Origin: an uncultured Acidobacteriota bacterium
GTDB lineage: Bacteria; Actinomycetota; Acidimicrobiia; Spongiisociales; ZC4RG35
Length of the DNA stretch: 64,000 nt
NCBI GenBank assembly: GCA_963848695.1
Contig: CAWKEI010000010.1
Span: 160,514-224,513 of the forward strand
Reading direction: 5' to 3'
The translations under genes and the position numbers were made by a program. Under the pieces are notes generated by a model, which saw only the letters and a list, made by a program, of their open reading frames with translations, was not told the DNA's origin and searched no databases. Shown piece after piece: positions 58,418 to 64,000 of this stretch; position 1 is the stretch's first letter, and each line of letters starts with the position of its first letter.

Positions 58418-59643
58418 AGCCCCTCGAGGAGGCTCGGTCCGAAGTCTTGTCCTCGGTGGGTCTCCTCGGAGTCGAACCGGTCCCGATCTGGGAGGCGGGC
58501 GGTCGGGTCCTCGCTTCCGACGTGGTCGCACCCGAGGACGTGCCACCTTTCGCCAACTCGGCCATGGATGGCTTCGCCGTCCGGGGCTCCGACGTCGGCT
58601 CGGCCGGAGCGGTCCTCGAGGTGCTCGAAGACCTGCCCGCCGGATTCCACACCGATACCGAGGTGGGCCCGGGCCAGGCAATCAAGATCATGACCGGGGC
58701 TCCTATGCCTGTGGGCGCCGACACGGTGGTCAGGGTGGAGGTCACCTCGGCCGAAGGATCGAAAGTCATCGTGGGCCCTGCGGTCGAGACCGGAACGTCT
58801 TTCCGTCCGGCCGGTGGTGATGTCGCCCGAGGCGACACGGTCTTCACCGCCGGGACCCGGCTCACCCCGATGCACGTCGGTGTCTTGGCCACCATTGGCA
58901 TCGCCAGCCCGGATGTCTTCCGGCGGCCGCGGGTTGCTTTCATGTCGACCGGCGACGAGCTCACGCCACCAGGGGAGGCAGATCTGAGACCGGGTGCGAT
59001 CAGGGACTCGAATCGCCCCATGTTGCTCGCTCTACTCGAGGATGCCGGCGTCGAGACGATCGATCTCGGGATCGTCCCCGACGATGCCGATGCGCTTCGT
59101 GACGCCCTCGATCGGGGGTCGGAGGCGGACGTCGTGATCTCGACCGGCGGGGTATCGATGGGTGATTACGACGTGACCAAGCTGGTCTTGCAGGGCGACG
59201 CCCATGTCGACTTCTGGCAGGTGGCGATTCAGCCGGCCAAGCCTTTCGCCTTCGGCCGGATCGGCGATGCACTGTTCTTCGGTCTGCCCGGCAATCCGGT
59301 CTCGGTGCTGATCTCGTTCGAGCAGTTCGCCCGGCCCTCCTTGCTGAAGTTGCAGGGTGCCCGGGCGATTCTCCGTCCGCAGATCAAAGCCGTTGCCGGG
59401 GAATCCCTCGAGACCGATCCTGAGAAGACCGTCTTCGTCAGGGTTCTGGTAACGGGGTTGGCCGAGGGGAGCCCGACAGTGGTGAAATCCGGGGGCCAGG
59501 CATCGAATGTCCTCTCCGCGGCGGCGGCCGCCGATGGTTTCGCCATCGTGCCACGAGGGACGGGGACCATTGGGCGCGGGGGAGAGGTCACTGTGGAGAT
59601 GTTCAAATGGCCCGAGTCGAGGGAGTGGGCCCATGGGCGATGA
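58414..59643 (+). CDS. moeA: MoeA-family molybdopterin molybdotransferase / gephyrin-like protein
   Basis: '[13 protein letters not shown]', 'STGDEL', 'IRDSN', '[12 protein letters not shown]', 'GLPGNPVS'. Confidence 0.9.
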   Translation: MKPLEEARSEVLSSVGLLGVEPVPIWEAGGRVLASDVVAPEDVPPFANSAMDGFAVRGSDVGSAGAVLEVLEDLPAGFHTDTEVGPGQAIKIMTGAPMPVGADTVVRVEVTSAEGSKVIVGPAVETGTSFRPAGGDVARGDTVFTAGTRLTPMHVGVLATIGIASPDVFRRPRVAFMSTGDELTPPGEADLRPGAIRDSNRPMLLALLEDAGVETIDLGIVPDDADALRDALDRGSEADVVISTGGVSMGDYDVTKLVLQGDAHVDFWQVAIQPAKPFAFGRIGDALFFGLPGNPVSVLISFEQFARPSLLKLQGARAILRPQIKAVAGESLETDPEKTVFVRVLVTGLAEGSPTVVKSGGQASNVLSAAAAADGFAIVPRGTGTIGRGGEVTVEMFKWPESREWAHGR

Positions 59644-60112
59644 GCGTGAGCTGAGTCATCTCAATGAGGCCGGAGAAGTTCACATGGTCGATGTCGGGGA
59701 CAAGCCGGTGACCGACCGTGAGGCCGTTGCCGAGGGCCTAGTGGTGATGTCGCCCGACTTGGCCGAGCGGTTCTTCTCTGGTGATCTCCCCAAGGGTGAC
59801 GCCGCCGCGGTGGCCCGGGTGGCCGGAATCATGGCGGCCAAACGGACCGCCGAGCTGATCCCTCTGTGCCATCCCATCCCGCTGACCGGCGTCGAGGTGG
59901 CGCTCGAGCCGAGTGGGCGTGGAATCAGAGTCGTTGCTAGCGTGCGGACGTCTGATCGGACTGGTGTCGAGATGGAAGCAATGACCGCTGTCGCTGTGGC
60001 CTCGTTGACCATCTATGACATGGTGAAGGGCGTCGAGCGCGACGTCACGATCGATACGGTCAGACTGCTGACGAAATCAGGCGGAAGGTCCGGCAAGTGG
60101 GTACGAGGTTGA
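59633..60112 (+). CDS. moaC: cyclic pyranopterin monophosphate synthase MoaC
   Basis: '[15 protein letters not shown]', 'KGD....[20 protein letters not shown]', 'GVEMEA'. Confidence 0.9.
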   Translation: MGDERELSHLNEAGEVHMVDVGDKPVTDREAVAEGLVVMSPDLAERFFSGDLPKGDAAAVARVAGIMAAKRTAELIPLCHPIPLTGVEVALEPSGRGIRVVASVRTSDRTGVEMEAMTAVAVASLTIYDMVKGVERDVTIDTVRLLTKSGGRSGKWVRG

Positions 60113-60151
60113 GTCGTTGATTGGGCAGGGTCCCTTTCACTACGCTCATCC

Positions 60152-60613
60152 GTGGACGGAGTCGAAAGCCAAATGCAAACAAGCGTCATAGTCGGCCTTT
60201 TGCTGATAGCCGCTGTATGGAGTGTGTATCTCCTGCCATCGGTCTTTGGCGACCGACAGAACGCTCCCAAGAACTCGACCGAGGAATTCGACCGCTGGAG
60301 CCATCTGATGGCCGATGTGCAGAAGCGGCCATACGACCGCAGCGCGGTCGGGCAGCGGGACGTGATTCGCCTTCGTCGTCGTCGCACCATCGCCGTCCTC
60401 GTCATCCTTGCCCTGATCACCGCGGGTCTTGCCTTGTGGCAGAACTCGCTGGCCTTGCTTCTGGTGCATCTCTTCGTCGATTCGCTGATAGCCCTCTACG
60501 TCGTCGCCCTGGCTCAGATGAAGCAGCAGCGGCAATGGCGGCTCAAGGTCACCCACGTGTCCGAGCGTCCCACCGAATGGGAAGAGCCGCAGGTCAAAGT
60601 CATCGCCCAGTAG
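60152..60613 (+). CDS. 3-TM membrane protein, candidate GlpR/SepX-like
   Basis: TM1 'VIVGLLLIAAVWSVYLLPSVF', basic linker 'RLRRRR', then TM2 and TM3. Sits downstream of galU-moeA-moaC. No enzymatic motif. Confidence 0.5.
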   Translation: MDGVESQMQTSVIVGLLLIAAVWSVYLLPSVFGDRQNAPKNSTEEFDRWSHLMADVQKRPYDRSAVGQRDVIRLRRRRTIAVLVILALITAGLALWQNSLALLLVHLFVDSLIALYVVALAQMKQQRQWRLKVTHVSERPTEWEEPQVKVIAQ

Positions 60614-60669
60614 TGGTCTGTCGGGGAAATAGAGACGCCACCAGTATTTCTCTGACGGGCCACTAAGCG

Positions 60670-61275
60670 ATGGATCTCACCTTCACCGATGACGCCCGAG
60701 CGGTGCTCGATGCCCGCTTCGCGGCTCGGGAGAAAGCGATCACCGAGTCCCGGAAGGTGATTCGCTCCGCTGCCAATGGGATCCGTGCCCTCCATCGCTC
60801 CGACTGGGAAGAGGCCGACCGGCTGATCTCGGACGCGGAAGCGACGCTCTCGGTCATCACCGCCGCGCTCGCAGAGAACCCGGAGCTGATGAGTCATGCC
60901 GTGGTCCAGGACGCCGAGAAGGAGTACGCCGAGGCCCGCATCACTCAGGCCGTGTTCACCGAATCGAACATCCCCTCGTTCGGGGACCTGGGCATCGATC
61001 CTGTGCCGTATCTGCACGGGTTGGGCGAGGCGGTGGGGGAGATGCGGCGTCGGATGCTCGATCTGCTCCGCACCGAAGGCCTGAAAGAGGCCGAAGACCT
61101 GCTCGACGTCATGGACCAGATCGTTGACTTGCTGGCGCAGGTCGATTACCCGGACGGAATGACCAACGGGCTGCGCCGCACCACCGACGTCTCCCGGGCC
61201 CTGGTGGAACGCTCCCGCTCCGACCTCACCGCCACGGTCGTCCAGGAACGCCTGCGGCAGGAGCTGCGTGGATGA
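60670..61275 (+). CDS. translin family protein
   Basis: The pattern 'IRALHRSDWEEA..L...A', 'PEL..HAVVQDAEKEYAEA', 'YLHGLGEAVGEMRRRMLDLLR', 'DYPDGMTNGLRRTTDVSRALVERSRSDLT' matches archaeal/bacterial translin as I recall it. Confidence 0.7.
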   Translation: MDLTFTDDARAVLDARFAAREKAITESRKVIRSAANGIRALHRSDWEEADRLISDAEATLSVITAALAENPELMSHAVVQDAEKEYAEARITQAVFTESNIPSFGDLGIDPVPYLHGLGEAVGEMRRRMLDLLRTEGLKEAEDLLDVMDQIVDLLAQVDYPDGMTNGLRRTTDVSRALVERSRSDLTATVVQERLRQELRG

Positions 61276-61317
61276 TCACTAGGGCGAGGCGGCAGGTGGC
61301 TGCGTAGGATCGCCGCC

Positions 61318-62094
61318 ATGGAGTTCGACGGAGTCCGACTCGACATCGGCGACCGCATCGCCACCATCACCCTGGCTCGCCCCGAGAGACGCAACGCCCT
61401 GAGCCTCGAGATGCTGCAGACGTTGATCAAAGCATTCGAGGCGGTGCCCCCCACAGCCGGAGTCGTGGTTCTCGGCGCCGATGGGCCGGTCTTCTCCGCC
61501 GGTCACGACCTGGGCGAGATGATCGATCGGCCCGACGACTACTACACCGAGCTCTTCGCAACCTGCACGCGCATGATGGAGGGGATCCATGCGTTGACAC
61601 AGCCGGTCATCGCCAAGGTGCAGGGAGTGGCCACCGCCGCCGGCTGTCAGCTGGTGGCTTCGTGTGATCTCGCCGTGGCCTCCGAGGACGCTTGGTTCGC
61701 CACCCCGGGTGTGTCCATCGGGCTGTTCTGCTCCACACCGCTTGTGCCGGTCAGCAGGGCGGTGGGCCACAAACGGGCGATGGAGATGCTGCTCACCGGG
61801 GAGCCGGTCAGCGCACATAAGGCCGTGGAGTGGGGGCTGATCAACCAGGCAGTTCCTGCTGATCGACTCGACGAGGCGGTCGACGAGATCGCTCAGAAGA
61901 TCTTGCGGTTCTCGTCGGAGACCATCGCCACCGGGAAACACGCCTTTTACTCCCAGGCCGGGCTGCCCGAGTCCGCAGCCTACGAGGTGACCGAGCCGAT
62001 CATGGCGAGCAACGCCGCCACAGCCGATGCCCAAGAGGGCATGAGCGCCTTCCTCGGAAAGCGCCAGCCGGTCTGGTCCGATCGGGCCCGATGA
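61318..62094 (+). CDS. enoyl-CoA hydratase/isomerase family protein
   Basis: 'FSAGHDL', 'QPVIAKVQGVATAAGCQLVASCD', 'EGMSAFLGKRQPVW'. Confidence 0.9.
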   Translation: MEFDGVRLDIGDRIATITLARPERRNALSLEMLQTLIKAFEAVPPTAGVVVLGADGPVFSAGHDLGEMIDRPDDYYTELFATCTRMMEGIHALTQPVIAKVQGVATAAGCQLVASCDLAVASEDAWFATPGVSIGLFCSTPLVPVSRAVGHKRAMEMLLTGEPVSAHKAVEWGLINQAVPADRLDEAVDEIAQKILRFSSETIATGKHAFYSQAGLPESAAYEVTEPIMASNAATADAQEGMSAFLGKRQPVWSDRAR

Positions 62095-63692
62095 CCTCAC
62101 CGGTCTACCGCACCGAACTGACCCCTCTTTCCTTCTTGGAGCGCGCCGCGATCGCCTTCGGGGACAAGACCGCCATCAGCTACCGCGAGCGAGACCTCAC
62201 CTATCAGGTGATGGCCACCCTCGCTACCAGGGTCGCCCGAGCTCTCCAAGCCTCCGGTGTCGGAAAGAGTGACCGGGTGGCCTTCCTCTGCCCCAACATT
62301 CCTGAGATGCTGGTGGCGCACTTCGCGGTGCCGCTTCGTGGGGCGGTGCTGGTGGCGGTCAACACCCGTCTGTCACCCGAGGAGATCAGGTACATCCTCG
62401 ATCACTCCGGCTCCAAGATCTTGGTCGGTGACTCCGAGTTCCTGGCCAAGCTCTCTGAGGTCGTCGGTGATCTGGCCACGGTCGACGAGATCGTGTCCAT
62501 CGACGACACCGGCACCGGGGTCCCATTCGAGACCGTGAGCTGGGATGCGTTCCTGGAGAGGGGAAGCGACGAGCCCTTGCCCTGGACCGTGGACGACGAA
62601 GAGCGGACGATCTCGATCAATTACACCTCGGGCACGACAGGACGTCCCAAAGGTGTGATGTACACCCATCGAGGCGCCTATCTCAACGCCCTCGCCGAGA
62701 TGATCCACTCCCGGCACTCGCCCGAGTCGGTCTATCTGTGGACCCTGCCCATGTTCCACTGCAATGGCTGGTGCACCACTTGGGGTGTGACCGCCATGGG
62801 TGGGACTCATATCGGACTGCGAGTGGTCGACCCCGGTGAGATCTGGCGTCTCATCAGCACCGAGGGCGTCACCCATCTCAACGCCGCGCCAACCGTCTTG
62901 ATCGGCCTCGTCAACCATCCCGACGCTCGTCTATTGGAGCACCCCCTCACCGTGACCACCGCCGGCGCCCCGCCCTCCCCGTCGCTGATCGAGAGCCTGA
63001 GCGAGCTCGGGGCGAAAATCGTCCACGTCTACGGGCTGACGGAGACCTACGGCCCGCACACCGTATGTGAGATCCAGCCGGGGGTTTCAGACATGTCACC
63101 AGCGGAGCAGGCCCGGTTCCTCTCCCGGCAGGGCGTCTCCTTCGTGACCGCGGACCCGACTCGGGTGGTCGATGACGACATGGCCGACATCGCCCGTGAC
63201 GCCACGGCCATGGGCGAGGTCGTGATGAAGGGCAACAACGTGATGAAGGGCTACTTCGACAACCCCGAGGCGACCGAGGACGCATTTAGAGGCGGTTACT
63301 TTCACTCCGGTGACATCGCGGTCTGGCACCCCGACAACTACATCGATCTCCGTGACCGGTCGAAGGACATCATCATCTCCGGCGGCGAGAACATCTCGAC
63401 CATCGAGGTAGAGCGAGCCATCGCCTCCCACCCCACTGTGCTGGAGGCCGCGGTAGTGGCGGTGCCCGATGAGAAGTGGGGTGAGCGCCCCAAAGCCTTC
63501 GTGGTGCTCAAGGACGGGGCGGCGGCAGAGCCGGGGGAGATCATCGAGCACGTCAGGACACTGCTGGCCCATTTCAAGGCCCCGGACCAGGTCGAAATCC
63601 TGACCGAGCTACCGAAGACGTCGACTGGCAAGATCCAGAAGTACGTCCTGCGTGACAAGGAGTGGGCCGGTCACGAGAAGCGGATCCACTAG
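62091..63692 (+). CDS. AMP-dependent acyl-CoA synthetase/ligase (medium-chain type)
   Basis: AMP motif 'INYTSGTTGRPKGVMYTHRG', 'YGLTET', 'GYFHSGDIA', 'DRSKDIIISGGENIS', 'PKTSTGKIQK'. Confidence 0.9.
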   Translation: MTSPVYRTELTPLSFLERAAIAFGDKTAISYRERDLTYQVMATLATRVARALQASGVGKSDRVAFLCPNIPEMLVAHFAVPLRGAVLVAVNTRLSPEEIRYILDHSGSKILVGDSEFLAKLSEVVGDLATVDEIVSIDDTGTGVPFETVSWDAFLERGSDEPLPWTVDDEERTISINYTSGTTGRPKGVMYTHRGAYLNALAEMIHSRHSPESVYLWTLPMFHCNGWCTTWGVTAMGGTHIGLRVVDPGEIWRLISTEGVTHLNAAPTVLIGLVNHPDARLLEHPLTVTTAGAPPSPSLIESLSELGAKIVHVYGLTETYGPHTVCEIQPGVSDMSPAEQARFLSRQGVSFVTADPTRVVDDDMADIARDATAMGEVVMKGNNVMKGYFDNPEATEDAFRGGYFHSGDIAVWHPDNYIDLRDRSKDIIISGGENISTIEVERAIASHPTVLEAAVVAVPDEKWGERPKAFVVLKDGAAAEPGEIIEHVRTLLAHFKAPDQVEILTELPKTSTGKIQKYVLRDKEWAGHEKRIH

Positions 63693-63741
63693 CGGCGATC
63701 TGGTCTGCCACCAACCCCTCGGTACAATTCCCTTCCCGCAA

Positions 63742-63815
63742 GGGGCTGTAGCTCAGCCTGGCAGAGCACCTCGTTCGCAACGAGGGGGTCACGGGTTCAA
63801 ATCCCGTCAGCTCCA
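63742..63815 (+). tRNA. tRNA-Ala (anticodon CGC)
   Basis: Acceptor GGGGCUG/CAGCUCC with G3:U70, D-arm GCUC/GAGC, anticodon arm CCUCG-uuCGCaa-CGAGG, T-arm ACGGG-UUCAAAU-CCCGU, discriminator A. CCA is not encoded. Confidence 0.9.
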
Positions 63816-64000
63816 CTGATTTCGCCTTGTACTAGTTGACAAAATGCCCGAGCCTGATTCAGGCCCGACGAGGGTTCTCAGCCATACGCGCCACACGCCG
63901 CTCCACAGGCGTGCCACAGGATCGGGTCCGAAGCACCTCTCAACGGACGGTTCTACTGGCGGGCCATCGCAATCCGGTACCGCTCGTCTGGCGATATCAG

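Noticed and set aside
63574-63816. 80-aa minus-strand ORF.
   Set aside because: It is antisense to the tRNA-Ala gene and the 3' end of the acyl-CoA ligase gene, so it is an artefact.
63816-64000. Possible integrated element or att site downstream of tRNA-Ala, with a 15-codon minus-strand fragment ending at TAG 63953-63955.
   Set aside because: tRNA 3' flanks are classic integration sites, but only 185 nt are visible. No integrase motif and no repeat of the tRNA 3' end can be seen, and the fragment is too short to call.

Overview
High-GC Actinomycetota-type chromosomal segment, tightly packed with about 68 protein-coding genes, one tRNA-Ala(CGC), one cobalamin riboswitch and three clear hairpin terminators. 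I saw no transposase, integrase, phage, CRISPR or toxin-antitoxin signal, so this reads as core or metabolic chromosome rather than an island. Blocks in order: tandem CNNM/CBS transporters; an MprA/MprB/PepD-like response regulator, histidine kinase and HtrA module; a B12 riboswitch driving a BtuFCD-like importer plus cobO; a 1000-aa cyclase-NB-ARC-TPR (STAND) protein; an HTH plus Clp_N pair; APH-like kinase, DUF885, LysM/M23 peptidase, rlmN, F420-type LLM oxidoreductase and GGT; an unknown 206-aa protein divergent from two membrane HD-GYP paralogs across a 463-nt AT-richer spacer; crotonase, sortase E, TlpA and aconitase; a SufR-like regulator and Mrp; a long polyamine/agmatine block (FAD oxidase, transaminase, amidohydrolase, potABCD, C45 peptidase, GNAT, agmatinase, MFS, ALDH, transaminase); dapB, uppP, plsY, galU-moeA-moaC plus a 3-TM protein, a translin-family protein, crotonase and an acyl-CoA ligase. 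Points worth a second look: (1) six conserved genes, including rlmN, are each split by a single-nucleotide indel, four of them adjacent at 16.3-20.4 kb, which suggests assembly error or local decay. (2) Two AT-rich tandem heptamer arrays (CGTTYTA/CGTARAA, 4 units each) sit next to stop codons at 30.9 kb and 48.6 kb. (3) The 22.3-22.8 kb spacer carries two independent sets of phased direct repeats. (4) A SufR-like four-Cys regulator lies between acn and mrp. (5) The galU-moeA-(moaC)-membrane protein order resembles the Glp/GlpR(SepX) divisome arrangement. (6) A translin homolog is present, which is rare in bacteria. I could not identify a convincing, clearly novel multi-gene system. All functional calls rest on motif recognition by eye and need database confirmation.
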